From a virus (Duplodnaviria > Caudoviricetes), in the IMG/VR virus record IMGVR_UViG_3300044676_002656, positions 1-55,313 of that record: 55,313 bases of DNA; one strand, 5' to 3'. Positions 1-9,282 of the stretch are shown piece after piece; positions within the stretch are counted from its first letter, which is position 1; every line of letters starts with the position of its first letter. The notes beneath the pieces were generated by a model that did not search any database, was not told the origin of the DNA, and saw nothing but the letters and a program-made list of their open reading frames with translations. A program made the translations under genes and the position numbers.

Positions 1-225
1 CCGCAGTATTGTCAGCAGCGGTGGTATTTGCGTCTAAAGCTAAAGCACCTACAGCAGTATTACCTGTGCCTGTGGAGTTTGCGTTTAATGAATTATAGCC
101 CACTGCTGTGTTGTTACTTGCTGTGGTGTTTGCGCCTAATGCGTCTCTACCAACGGCAACATTTGATCCGCCTGTTGTGTTGGCTTCTAGTGAGCTGCGA
201 CCCAAGGCTGTATTGTTAGATGCTG
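1..225. repeat. Terminal overlap, copy 1 (equals 55089-55313; 224/225 identical)
   Basis: Direct comparison of the two ends. The single mismatch is G128 vs A55216, synonymous AAC/AAT on the coding minus strand. Confidence 0.95.
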
Positions 226-1300
226 TGGTGTTAGCTGTTAATGCGCCATATCCAACTGCTACGTTTTCACCTCCAGTAGTAATCGCATCACCTGCAAGAC
301 CACCGATGAGGGTATTGTTTGTGCCTGTGGTTATATCATTACCTGCCGCATGTCCTACAGCGACGTTGTACCCTGCACCATCATAGTTTAAAGCGGCTAA
401 AGTCGCATACCCAACAGCAACATTAGAACTTCCAGTGTCTTCTGATTGTAATGCATTCTTTCCTATTGCAACGTTAGTGTCACCCGTAGTAATCGCAGTA
501 CCTGCTTCATCGCCTACGACAACATTATAATTACCACCGCTTACAATGCTGTTACCTGCGTTGACACCTAGTCTTAGGTTGCTTGTTCCTGCTGAAGCAG
601 TAATTAAGTCTGCACCATCTGCAAGCGTTACGTCTCCGCTGATACCAAGGGTTCCAGATATATCAGCATTCCCATTAACATCAATAGTGGCAGCCGCAAT
701 CTGAATTTCCGTATCCGCTACAATGTCTAACTGGCCGTCTACGCTTGAGTTAATGTAGATCGCAGTGTCGCGGAACTGAACTTTGTCTGTTGTACTAAGT
801 TCTATATTGGTGCCGCCTGACGTATTACCAGCCGTCAAAACCTCAGCCAGCGTATCGGTAACACCCGGATCAACACCCGCCATCGCGTCAACCACTGATG
901 CGCCAGAGCCTGCGCCGTCAAGGTAAACGACTGCCGTCTTGCCGGTGGCAATCGTGACGTTCGCGCCTGAGCCTTGAGAGATAGCAATCGATTGAGAACC
1001 AGTGGTCGCGTTCTCGATGAACATAACCCGAGATACCGTATTAGGCGCAATCGTACAGGTTCTCGTCGCGGTCAAACTACCCGCAGACGTAATCTTAAAG
1101 TACATTGCGCGAGCAGGATCAGAAGCACCATCGGCAACGGTAGTTGTCGCATCTGCATCTGAGCTAAAGACTTGCTGGGTAGCGTAGCCTAGTGCTTCAC
1201 CGATAAGTTCTAAATTGGTATTTGTGGATGTTCCCCAAGTTCCCGATTCGTCCCCTGTGGAAATCTCTTTTAATCGAAGGTCATTTACATAAGTTGCCAT
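1..1300 (-). CDS. Tail fibre protein, N-terminal part. Continues through the circular junction into 55088-52648, about 1246 aa in total.
   Basis: Absent from the ORF track. Manual translation from ATG 1300 gives MATYVNDLRLKEISTGDESGTWGTSTNTNLELIGEALGY..., open to base 1 and in frame with ORF 52648..55293. Contains N-x-A-[VI]-G repeats. Confidence 0.88.
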   Translation of the reverse strand, partial: MATYVNDLRLKEISTGDESGTWGTSTNTNLELIGEALGYATQQVFSSDADATTTVADGASDPARAMYFKITSAGSLTATRTCTIAPNTVSRVMFIENATTGSQSIAISQGSGANVTIATGKTAVVYLDGAGSGASVVDAMAGVDPGVTDTLAEVLTAGNTSGGTNIELSTTDKVQFRDTAIYINSSVDGQLDIVADTEIQIAAATIDVNGNADISGTLGISGDVTLADGADLITASAGTSNLRLGVNAGNSIVSGGNYNVVVGDEAGTAITTGDTNVAIGKNALQSEDTGSSNVAVGYATLAALNYDGAGYNVAVGHAAGNDITTGTNNTLIGGLAGDAITTGGENVAVGYGALTANTTASNNTALGRSSLEANTTGGSNVAVGRDALGANTTASNNTAVGYNSLNANSTGTGNTAVGALALDANTTAADNTA

Positions 1301-2002
1301 TTAAGCTACCTCTTGCCAATTTGGTGTTTGGCTGTCATCAATACTTGACCAGCCAGGTGTTTGAGATTCATCAACGTTCTGCCAATTTGCATCTTGCCCA
1401 GGAATGATGTTGCCCCAGACCAAGGCTTGGCCGACTTGACTTTGAGCACTAAGTCCAGAAGGTTCAATAACGACATTACCAACAAAGCTAATATCCCCGA
1501 CTGCACCCGTTGCAGAAACACCCGTGACAGGGAAGACGTTGCTTGTTCGAGTTGTAACAGTTCCGACCGATCCAGTTGCCGATAATCCTGTCGGAATTGT
1601 AACCGCTGAAGCTGTAACCGTAACCGAACCAATTGCGCTTGTAGCGGAGACTCCGTCAACTGAAACAATAGCGTCAGCCGCAACCGTAACGGATCCAACA
1701 GCTCCCGTCCCGGAAACGCCTGTGACCGAGATATTTGCATCAGCCGTAACCGTAACGGATCCAACAGATCCCGTAGCCGAAACTCCAGTAACTGATATGT
1801 TTGCATCAGCGGTAACCGATACGTCATTAGTCGAGGCAGTTGCTGAAAGCCCAGAAACTGTAACGTTTGAATCGGCTGTAACCGTAACCGAGCCGACTGC
1901 AGCAACGGCTCCTGGAACTGCAATATTTTCGCCCCAAGCGCCTTCGCCCCAACCCTGTGTTGAGCTATTCCAGCCTTGAAACGCAACAATGACATCTGCC
2001 AC
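1301..2002 (-). CDS. Virion structural protein with Val/Thr/Gly/Ser ~21-aa repeats (tail-associated)
   Basis: Repeats like SVTVTADANISVTGVSATGSVG, an N-terminal WGEGAWG, and position in the tail gene block. Confidence 0.65.
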   Translation of the reverse strand: MADVIVAFQGWNSSTQGWGEGAWGENIAVPGAVAAVGSVTVTADSNVTVSGLSATASTNDVSVTADANISVTGVSATGSVGSVTVTADANISVTGVSGTGAVGSVTVAADAIVSVDGVSATSAIGSVTVTASAVTIPTGLSATGSVGTVTTRTSNVFPVTGVSATGAVGDISFVGNVVIEPSGLSAQSQVGQALVWGNIIPGQDANWQNVDESQTPGWSSIDDSQTPNWQEVA

Positions 2003-2011
2003 ATGTTAGTC

Positions 2012-2482
2012 CTATGCAATCCTAATTATTGCAGTACTTGCTCCAGCCGCAGGAAATTGAATTGTAAAATCTCCTGACGTTGATGTCTTGTCTGCACCAA
2101 AATCAAGAACAACTACAGCTCTATCTGCTGTGCCTGCGGTTGTAGATGAGTTATAAATTAGTGCGCCCCTCGCTGTAATGGTGCTACTTGACCACGTTGT
2201 ATCTGCAAAGTCTGTAAGCGCCGTAGTCGAAGATGTAGTAGGAGTAACATTAGTCAAGGTGTTTCCACCTGCGGTGTAATTAGTTCCTGATACTTCATTA
2301 CTCGTAGAGTACGCTGTAGTTGTTGCGCTTAAACTTGCACTAGATGTATACAAAGCAATCTTAAAAACGTTTCCGCTTCCAGTTGTCGTTGTTGTTCCTC
2401 CGCCAGATCCGCTTGTAAAATTATGAATTCCCTGAAGAATCTCTTGCTTAAACGAAGTAGTCATTGCTTGAGTAATAGCCAT
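2012..2482 (-). CDS. Putative virion structural protein
   Basis: MAITQAMTTSFKQEIL...FKIALYTSSA...LDFGADKTS...FTIQFP pattern typical of phage tail-region proteins; Thr/Ser rich. Confidence 0.65.
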   Translation of the reverse strand: MAITQAMTTSFKQEILQGIHNFTSGSGGGTTTTTGSGNVFKIALYTSSASLSATTTAYSTSNEVSGTNYTAGGNTLTNVTPTTSSTTALTDFADTTWSSSTITARGALIYNSSTTAGTADRAVVVLDFGADKTSTSGDFTIQFPAAGASTAIIRIA

Positions 2483-2772
2483 TATACGGTCCTCAATATT
2501 TCAGCCACATTATCATGGCCGTTTGATTTAAAAATATTATACAAAGTTGTTCTGTCGCTCTTTATTGATTGATCGCAAGCCGCAACAATAACCCAGTACA
2601 TTCGCTCTTTAAAAGCTTCTGCTTGAGCCTTAATCACAGGATCCGCAGTGTCGCTAATACTAATTATTTTAGCGACTGCATTAGCCGCAATCTCTTCTGA
2701 ATTCATCCCACGATTACTTGTGGTTTGAACGTTTACTGAACCTGGTGTTGCCGAGACTTCTACACTAAACAA
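2482..2772 (-). CDS. Hypothetical phage protein
   Basis: 96-aa ORF coupled to the next gene by a TAATG overlap. Confidence 0.65.
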   Translation of the reverse strand: MFSVEVSATPGSVNVQTTSNRGMNSEEIAANAVAKIISISDTADPVIKAQAEAFKERMYWVIVAACDQSIKSDRTTLYNIFKSNGHDNVAEILRTV

Positions 2773-2774
2773 GA

Positions 2775-3410
2775 TTAACCCCTCGAAATATCATATCTAT
2801 ATTCATCCCTTGAACCATATCCAGCACCAAGCCTTCTTAGTCCGTCAAGACCCATTTGGAATCTCTGCTCATATCCACCAACTTCTTCCGGAACTTTTAA
2901 GAAAGTTGCAGCTTCAATAAGCGTTCCATAAAAAAGAGCGTCTGGAGCGTTTGTGGAAAGCCATGTAGTTCCAGAATCTGCACCAGCCGTTAATGAAGCA
3001 GGCCGATACTTGTAATGCAACTCAAACTCATAATTTGCATCTGGCGTAGGTGCTAGTATAAAGCTTGTGTCATCAAACAATGCATAATACTTAGGGAGCC
3101 CAGTTGTCGTTGGATTGGGCGTATAGTCTCTTATAAATGAGACATGCTTAAAGAGAAGGTATGTGTAAACGTTACCTGAAACAACTGCAAGACTGTAAGG
3201 CGCTAAAAAGTCTGTTGGCGCTGAAAGGTAAGTGTTGTTAGCAGAAGATGTTCCGTCAACGTTTTTTCTAAAAACAGGAAGCTCTACGTTCTTTAATATT
3301 CTTTCTTCAGCTTCTTGAATGAAGACAGGAAGATTATTAATAAAAGTAGTTTCTGCCGTTTCGCAGTAATTTTCTACCGCTGTTTTTAAACTTGCGTATG
3401 TAAAGCTCAT
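2775..3410 (-). CDS. Putative head-tail adaptor / tail tubular protein
   Basis: TYASLKTAVENY...FIQEAEERI...GLPKYYA...APTPD...TWLSTNAPDALFYGTL adaptor-like pattern; gene position. Confidence 0.6.
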   Translation of the reverse strand: MSFTYASLKTAVENYCETAETTFINNLPVFIQEAEERILKNVELPVFRKNVDGTSSANNTYLSAPTDFLAPYSLAVVSGNVYTYLLFKHVSFIRDYTPNPTTTGLPKYYALFDDTSFILAPTPDANYEFELHYKYRPASLTAGADSGTTWLSTNAPDALFYGTLIEAATFLKVPEEVGGYEQRFQMGLDGLRRLGAGYGSRDEYRYDISRG

Positions 3411-3742
3411 CCTGTCACCACTGTTACAGTGCCTACTTCCCCGGTTCCTGCCAAGCCATCAAACTCTGACCCGATAGAATCTCCTGTCGTTGTAATCATC
3501 TGATTAGGATCTATAGTCCTAACCACCCCAGAGCCTGACGTAAAGTCAGACTGAGGTCTTGGATTTCTTAAGGCTTGAGCATCAGATACATGAGGAAGAG
3601 GCTCTAACTGAGGCTCTTTAGGCTCATAGCATTCACTGCAAACTCTAAATCCTGTCCATTCTCTGCGAAGCTGTGTGTTCTTATACCTAAATCCACATCT
3701 GTCACATATCGCAATGGCATACTTCCCAGAAGCGTAGGCCAT
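3407..3742 (-). CDS. Zn-ribbon protein in the virion module
   Basis: CDRC...CSEC motif; coupled to both neighbours. Confidence 0.65.
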   Translation of the reverse strand: MAYASGKYAIAICDRCGFRYKNTQLRREWTGFRVCSECYEPKEPQLEPLPHVSDAQALRNPRPQSDFTSGSGVVRTIDPNQMITTTGDSIGSEFDGLAGTGEVGTVTVVTG

Positions 3743-4422
3743 TACGCCCTCCTATAATTTCTTAAACTTGGCGCAACAAATAATGAAGCTCTACTTTCGT
3801 CTTGATCAGCAGCTCTTGCGAACTCTTCTTCATAAAAAGCCTTAAGCATTTCTACTCTATCTGGCGCTTTCTTTAAAGCAATATAGTAAGACAATCCAGC
3901 AGCCAAGCAAGGATAAAACCTAAACGGCATTTGCATTGTGTTGGCGCTTGCACCTGCATCTTCAATTCGAACTAATCGATTAATGATCAATTGATCCGTG
4001 TTGTTTTCAGAAGCAGGCCAAATGTAAAGCTTTGGCGTTATGAGCTTGTCCAGGAACCATTGGCTTGGTCTTGACTGAGTATTCTTGTTAGGAATATTCC
4101 AATAGGCAGATCGACTAACTTGAGCCATTTGTATATCGGTTGTTTCCCCACCTTCGGTTCTTCTAATAACAACATCTAAAACGTCTATTGTAGAGCCTGT
4201 AAGCTCAATAAACTCTGCGCCTTGAGTTAACGTTGTAGACGTATTCTGTATCGTCCACTGATTTAACCCACGGTTGGCCCAGTCAGCCAGCAAGAGATTC
4301 AGGGATCGCCTTGCGGTAATCCCGTCATAACCCGTGCGAAACTCTAGACCGCAGCGCTCAAACGCTTCTTCTATATATTCCGCGACATCTGGCTCAAAAT
4401 CTCTGGTCCCAGAAGTTGTCAT
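3742..4422 (-). CDS. Putative head-tail adaptor / connector protein
   Basis: IEEAFERCG...ARRSLNLLLADWANRGLNQW...IPNK...RPSQ...YIWP; position downstream of the capsid gene. Confidence 0.6.
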   Translation of the reverse strand: MTTSGTRDFEPDVAEYIEEAFERCGLEFRTGYDGITARRSLNLLLADWANRGLNQWTIQNTSTTLTQGAEFIELTGSTIDVLDVVIRRTEGGETTDIQMAQVSRSAYWNIPNKNTQSRPSQWFLDKLITPKLYIWPASENNTDQLIINRLVRIEDAGASANTMQMPFRFYPCLAAGLSYYIALKKAPDRVEMLKAFYEEEFARAADQDESRASLFVAPSLRNYRRA

Positions 4423-4823
4423 TAATATTCCTTTATCAGATCAAGAATAACAGTGTATGTATCACCGGAACTTGCGCCTATTGTTGTAAACAAAATGTCA
4501 CCTGTCACACCGCTGCCAGCATTATTTGGTATACCAGTAAACGGAGTGTAATCATGGTAACCATTGCTGTCAGGGGATAGCCCGATAATCAGAGTATTTG
4601 CCGTTGCATCGCATAACAGCTCAACTCCCATCCCAACACACTGCCACCAAATTTGCGTAACAGTTACTTTAGTACAGGCTTTACCAGATGAGTTTGTGCT
4701 CAAAGCAGAAACATCAACTTTGACCACGTTTGACTCACCAGTTCCATCACTGACATTGGTAAACTTTAGGACGGCTTTACGTTCGCCGTCCTGAATGGTT
4801 TGCGAAGTTACTGCATCAGCCAT
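4422..4823 (-). CDS. Putative virion structural protein
   Basis: 133-aa beta-rich ORF with an AGGAG RBS, in the structural operon. Confidence 0.6.
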   Translation of the reverse strand: MADAVTSQTIQDGERKAVLKFTNVSDGTGESNVVKVDVSALSTNSSGKACTKVTVTQIWWQCVGMGVELLCDATANTLIIGLSPDSNGYHDYTPFTGIPNNAGSGVTGDILFTTIGASSGDTYTVILDLIKEY

Positions 4824-4846
4824 TGTTATTCTCCTAAATTAATTGA

Positions 4847-5356
4847 TTAAGCATCAGCAAAAGGAGTAACAATCGTTCCACTGCCTAGCAGCAAAGAGTC
4901 ATGAACTAAGTACGTTGCAGCGTCAATAGCAGTAATTTTAATAACACTGCCGACAAGTCCACCTTTGGTTGAGCCATTTAAGGTGATGACATCGTTAGAC
5001 GCCGCAGGAACGAATGCTTTGTTAGTGCTATCATCGATAGCGACAATAGCTGCGCCGACAAACTTATCAGTGCCGTCAGTCAAGATATCAAGATCAGTCG
5101 CTGCGGTTTCCACATAAAAGAAAAACGAAGCGCCGATGTTGTTTGCTTGATCGGGAGAAGTAGGATCATTGGGAGTGGCTGAAGAAATAGAAGGCAAAGT
5201 AAACTTGCCATCAGCATCGTTCAGCATAATAATTTTACCGGCATGAGTCGCAACGGTTAGGGTTGTGTCCGCAGATAAGCTAACACTGCTGTTTACACCG
5301 GCAGTAATAAAGCCAGCTAAAGATTTAACGGGACCAGAAAAAGTAGTTTGTGCCAT
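4847..5356 (-). CDS. Putative capsid-associated or decoration protein (start MAQTTFSGPV)
   Basis: ATG 5356 preceded by GAGGTGA RBS; first gene after the major capsid terminator. Confidence 0.6.
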   Translation of the reverse strand: MAQTTFSGPVKSLAGFITAGVNSSVSLSADTTLTVATHAGKIIMLNDADGKFTLPSISSATPNDPTSPDQANNIGASFFFYVETAATDLDILTDGTDKFVGAAIVAIDDSTNKAFVPAASNDVITLNGSTKGGLVGSVIKITAIDAATYLVHDSLLLGSGTIVTPFADA

Positions 5357-5361
5357 GGTTT

Positions 5362-5425
5362 TCACCTCTTACGAAAGGATTCGTTTTAGCGTCTTCGTAA
5401 CGTCCGCTGAGTCGGTCGCTAAAAC
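5362..5425 (-). ncRNA. Candidate cis-regulatory pseudoknot in a 5' leader
   Basis: 9-bp stem 5383-5391/5417-5425. Loop segment 5394-5400 is complementary to 5369-5375, which abuts the RBS at 5362-5368. Confidence 0.45.
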
Positions 5426-5466
5426 TAATTTGTCTCAGTTCATACAGTCTAGATCAAATTTGAAAT

Positions 5467-5495
5467 AAAAAAAAGGTGGTCAAACGACCACCTTT
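5467..5495 (-). terminator. Rho-independent terminator after the major capsid gene
   Basis: Minus strand AAAGGTGGTC-GTTT-GACCACC followed by a T8 tract. Confidence 0.85.
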
Positions 5496-5516
5496 CTCTT
5501 TGTTTCACATGAAACA

Positions 5517-6425
5517 TTAAGCGCCTTGTGAACCAAATACACAGCGAGGGTTGCTGTAGCCAAAGCTGTAACGAGCTCGAGCCTTATAGCGAACATTGCC
5601 GGTATCGAAATCGCCTTCCATAGAAGTAGAAATCGGGCTTCTTTCAAAGTGCTTAAACCCATCTGGGCAGTCACTCAGCAAGAACCATGCATCAGTGTCT
5701 GACAAGAAATGGTTGATTGCATAACCTTGCGGAAGCATGCCCATATTCTTAACAGCATTGATGTCATTGTCTGCTGTGCCTACTCGTCCAGGAGTCTCGA
5801 GCAAACGATCAACTACGAACTGAAGCTGAGGCGGAACAATCAGCTTGGTTCCCTGAAGGGCCAAGATCATGTTTCGATCATCAACAAAAGTTGACATAGT
5901 GATAAGTGCGTTTTCAAGCGAAGTCTCGTTTAAATCGGACATAGTAGCTGCCCGATTTGCAAGAGTACCGCCATAAGCAAGTGGGTGTGCTGTGCTGACC
6001 AAAGGTTGGCCGTCACCACCAGCAAAGTTAGCATTAAACGCATTGTTTAAAACATTAGCAGCTTTAACCTGCTTGGTGTGCGCCATACTACGGGCCAAAG
6101 CCTTTGTATAACGTGCGCCGAGCCGGTCATAGAGATTGTCTTCAACAGCTTCTTCTGTCAAAGCAAATGCCAATGCCACGGTTTCGTGGGTGTAACGAGC
6201 AGTAAAGCCTTCAGAAGCGTTATCAAAAGATACGCCTTGACCTTCAGTCTTAACTTTTGCGTCACCGAAACCTACGATCAAAACTTCTTCTTCGAATGCA
6301 CGATCAGAAGATTCTGTTTCATAGATTTCATCATGCTCGTTATCATAACGAGCGTATTCCATACCAAATAAAGCATTGAGGCCAGGCTCTAGCTCTTTGG
6401 CTAATTGGGCTCTTGAAATAGCCAT
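5517..6425 (-). CDS. Major capsid protein (gpT-like, HK97-fold family)
   Basis: MAISRAQLAKELEPGLNALFG...KLIVPPQL...DTDAWFL...GDFDTGNVRYKARARYSFG; strong RBS; followed by a terminator. Confidence 0.88.
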   Translation of the reverse strand: MAISRAQLAKELEPGLNALFGMEYARYDNEHDEIYETESSDRAFEEEVLIVGFGDAKVKTEGQGVSFDNASEGFTARYTHETVALAFALTEEAVEDNLYDRLGARYTKALARSMAHTKQVKAANVLNNAFNANFAGGDGQPLVSTAHPLAYGGTLANRAATMSDLNETSLENALITMSTFVDDRNMILALQGTKLIVPPQLQFVVDRLLETPGRVGTADNDINAVKNMGMLPQGYAINHFLSDTDAWFLLSDCPDGFKHFERSPISTSMEGDFDTGNVRYKARARYSFGYSNPRCVFGSQGA

Positions 6426-6436
6426 ATATTAACTCC

Positions 6437-7045
6437 TTAAGCTAAACCAACTTGCTTTTGGCCAAACAGATGATTCTGAATGGTGACAAGCACGTTAGTA
6501 TTGGCTGAACCTACATCTGAATTGTCTGGGTCACCAGAAATATCCAGGGCTTTAAACGGTAATGTCGCTGTTGTAGCGCCGGTAGAAACATCAAGCTCTA
6601 CATAAGAGAGGCCTGAATCTGTGCTACCAGTACCAGAGTTATCAACAAGGTCGAAATTACCCCACAGATCTGCAATCGGGAATGCTGCGTCTGCTTGAAT
6701 TTCAAAAACATCCATAGGATGATCGAAAATAAAAGCAATTGCATCAGTCGCTGCATTTCCAGGCCAATAGTTACTCCAAGTAGGAGTGCTGGTCGTAGGA
6801 TCTGTGTAGAAACAACCGTTAAATACACCGACAATAATGTCGGAAGTTGCTGAACCGCCGTCTGCACGCGCAATTCGAGTAACAATACCAGATGTAGTTT
6901 GGGTAACAATGTCACCCGCGTAGATCTTAGTAGTGTTAGTCGCATCAGCAGTCGTTATTCTATAACGAGACTGACCAGAAGAATTGTAATTCCCCTGAAT
7001 ATTACGAACATACCGGAGGCCAAATGGGGCGTCTTTATTCGCCAT
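6437..7045 (-). CDS. Capsid-associated protein (start MANKDAPFGL)
   Basis: ATG 7045 with AAGGAG RBS; beta-rich; immediately upstream of the major capsid gene. Confidence 0.6.
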   Translation of the reverse strand: MANKDAPFGLRYVRNIQGNYNSSGQSRYRITTADATNTTKIYAGDIVTQTTSGIVTRIARADGGSATSDIIVGVFNGCFYTDPTTSTPTWSNYWPGNAATDAIAFIFDHPMDVFEIQADAAFPIADLWGNFDLVDNSGTGSTDSGLSYVELDVSTGATTATLPFKALDISGDPDNSDVGSANTNVLVTIQNHLFGQKQVGLA

Positions 7046-7078
7046 TTTAGTTCTCCTTAAACACAATCAAAAATGGTT

Positions 7079-7561
7079 CTATTTCCTAGAACCGCCAAAG
7101 GTTACCTTACTCTTCCTTTCATTAGAAAAAGGCATTGAGGGATGTTCATCTTTCATCAAATTATTGTCAACCGCGCTCATTTGGTTTTCAGTTTTATTTT
7201 GAAAGTAAGCATTCCGCTCGTTTGCTGTTTCTTCTGGGATTTTTGCAAGCATCAAACCACCAACACCAACACTTCCTGCTTGAGATCCGCTTTCATTCAT
7301 AGGCAAATCATAGCCTGCAACTTCAGCCGGACTGACTACTTCGTAGCCTTCTCGCAATCGCATGTGAACATTAGTCTTATCATCCTCGCCTCGAATGTGC
7401 GTTCTCAGCCATCGATACTTCATCCCTGGAGGAGGTTCGGGTGTTTCTAAAATTTGAGGTGGCGTCCATGGTCTTCGAGCTCGTAAAGCATCCCTAGTAT
7501 CAGAACTCCGTGGAGTCCTTTTCATTCCAGATCCGCCTTTTTCTTTTATGTCTTCGCTCAT
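7079..7561 (-). CDS. Conserved head-module protein of unknown function
   Basis: PWTPPQIL...YRWLR...REGYEVV...VGGLMLAKIPEE motif; lies between scaffold and capsid genes. Confidence 0.6.
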   Translation of the reverse strand: MSEDIKEKGGSGMKRTPRSSDTRDALRARRPWTPPQILETPEPPPGMKYRWLRTHIRGEDDKTNVHMRLREGYEVVSPAEVAGYDLPMNESGSQAGSVGVGGLMLAKIPEETANERNAYFQNKTENQMSAVDNNLMKDEHPSMPFSNERKSKVTFGGSRK

Positions 7562-8640
7562 GATCTTTCCAACCTCATTTTTTGTTTAGCATATTCTTTG
7601 AATGGAACACCTAGTTTTTTGGCAAGCTGTTGCTCGCTAGGTGACAACTCAATCCTACGGTCATTTTGATTGCGTCCACTTCCTTTTATGCGCGTACCGG
7701 AAACAACGGTTTGGACGGGTTTATTAGTGTTTCCTGCGGGTCGTTCATTCTGAAACTTGTGAGGTAGTTCCTGTCGAATTCTGCGATTAATTTCAGAATA
7801 GTACTCTTGTGACTCCAAGTCAATTCCTGATCGGACAAGCTCATCATGCACAGCAAAGGCTACATTAGTCATAACCCTATCAGTTCCAAACCACTCATTC
7901 TTAGCAGCCCACTCCTGTGCTCTCTCTGAAGGCTCAAGATACTGAGGCTCTTCTTGCACATAGTTATCTGGAATTTGATATTCAGGTTCAAATTCCTGCT
8001 GCCTAGAAGCCCATTGCTGATAGTCTTCTTTATACTTTGCAAGCTCTCGCTTGTATTGAGCTAAAGAACTTCTGTCAGCTTCGGTTCTGGCAATAAGCTG
8101 TTGAGCTTCTGCCATAGCTTCTGGATCTCCAGATTCGTAAGCTTTCTGAAGGTTTCTTTTAGCAGAATCAGCTTGCGCCTCAACTCGACCTTGAAACTCT
8201 TTAGAATAACTTTCTTGTATCTGTAGATTTTGGGCCGCTGAATTAACGCTGGTTTGTTTATACTTGTTTGAAAGCTCTCTGTTCTGATCCTGCAATTGCT
8301 TTGCGTATTGAATCGCTTGCAGTTCTCGACGTTGAAACTCTTTCGCCTGTTTAACAGCCTTGTTAATTCGGTCCTGAGCACTTCTTACCTTTCGGTCAGC
8401 TTCAGATTCTGCGCCATCATCTTCCTCATAATCGAAATCTTCTTCTACTACATCTTCTGTAGCAGGAGATATTTCGGCAAGTTCTTCATCAGAAAGCTCT
8501 ACATAAGTAGACTCTTCTTGAACTTCATCGTTAGATTTTCTTGCATACTCTGGTACTGCTGCGCTTTCTATATCTTTATCGCTAATATTTAAATCAACGT
8601 CGATATCAGATAAAGCTTCGCTTAACGTTTGTTCTGACAT
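7558..8640 (-). CDS. Putative capsid scaffolding protein
   Basis: Acidic N-terminus, long coiled coil, C-terminal LSPSEQQLAKKLGVPFKEYAKQK; position upstream of the capsid gene. Confidence 0.65.
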   Translation of the reverse strand: MSEQTLSEALSDIDVDLNISDKDIESAAVPEYARKSNDEVQEESTYVELSDEELAEISPATEDVVEEDFDYEEDDGAESEADRKVRSAQDRINKAVKQAKEFQRRELQAIQYAKQLQDQNRELSNKYKQTSVNSAAQNLQIQESYSKEFQGRVEAQADSAKRNLQKAYESGDPEAMAEAQQLIARTEADRSSLAQYKRELAKYKEDYQQWASRQQEFEPEYQIPDNYVQEEPQYLEPSERAQEWAAKNEWFGTDRVMTNVAFAVHDELVRSGIDLESQEYYSEINRRIRQELPHKFQNERPAGNTNKPVQTVVSGTRIKGSGRNQNDRRIELSPSEQQLAKKLGVPFKEYAKQKMRLERS

Positions 8641-8648
8641 GTTTCACC

Positions 8649-9092
8649 TCAAGTTGCGGACTTGATGTCATCGGGATCCATAATGGTCCCAATCACTTCA
8701 TCATCATTAATAATTCGAACTTCAGAATCATCCTCTAAAGAGAATCTAGCTCCTGAGTATCGACCTATTAACACCCATTGACCTTCCTCACACCAAGGCA
8801 TGCCATTAAACTTATCAGCATCTTGGTAGGCTAGTGGGCCTACTTTTAAGACATAGGCAACAACAGTCGCCAGACCTTCCTTATCCACGGTTTTTTTGGT
8901 TAAAACAATACCACCGTCAGTTACGCCTTTGCCTTTATAAGGTAAAACAAGAAGTCGCCAACCTGTGGGGTTGGGCATTCTTTCCAGTAGTGTTTTATCC
9001 AGAAGTTCTGGATTTAGAACACGCTCTTGACTACTCACATATGCGTCAGTTAATGACGATTTAGCGAGAGTATCTGCTGACAGATTACTCAT
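8649..9092 (-). CDS. groES: GroES-like co-chaperonin (Cpn10)
   Basis: PTGWRLLVLP...TDGGIVL...VLKVGP...GQWVLIGRYSG...VRIINDDEVIG matches the Cpn10 signature. Confidence 0.85.
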   Translation of the reverse strand: MSNLSADTLAKSSLTDAYVSSQERVLNPELLDKTLLERMPNPTGWRLLVLPYKGKGVTDGGIVLTKKTVDKEGLATVVAYVLKVGPLAYQDADKFNGMPWCEEGQWVLIGRYSGARFSLEDDSEVRIINDDEVIGTIMDPDDIKSAT

Positions 9093-9282
9093 CGGGGTCT
9101 CCTTCAAATTGCAACGCTTCTTTTAGTTCAGCGCGAAGGGTGCGAAGCATCGATAATTCACCCATCACGAATTTGTAGTCCTCCATTGTCTTTATGTTGC
9201 CACCGGTCAAAAACTCCACATGACCTTCTTCAAGCTTTTTAAGCTTATTAAATATGTATGATGCTAATGCGACTGCGTCCAT
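9085..9282 (-). CDS. Small hypothetical protein
   Basis: 65 aa, helical, coupled to both neighbours. Confidence 0.65.
   Translation of the reverse strand: MDAVALASYIFNKLKKLEEGHVEFLTGGNIKTMEDYKFVMGELSMLRTLRAELKEALQFEGDPDE

Noticed and set aside
1-225. Biological direct terminal repeat
   Set aside because: It falls mid-gene in a repetitive tail fibre, so it is better explained as an assembly overlap of a circular or permuted genome.
1306-2019. 237-aa alternative-frame ORF over the 1301-2002 gene
   Set aside because: Its Leu/Gln/Arg pattern is the frameshifted shadow of repetitive Val/Thr/Ala codons; no independent motifs, unlike the nested MTase ORF.
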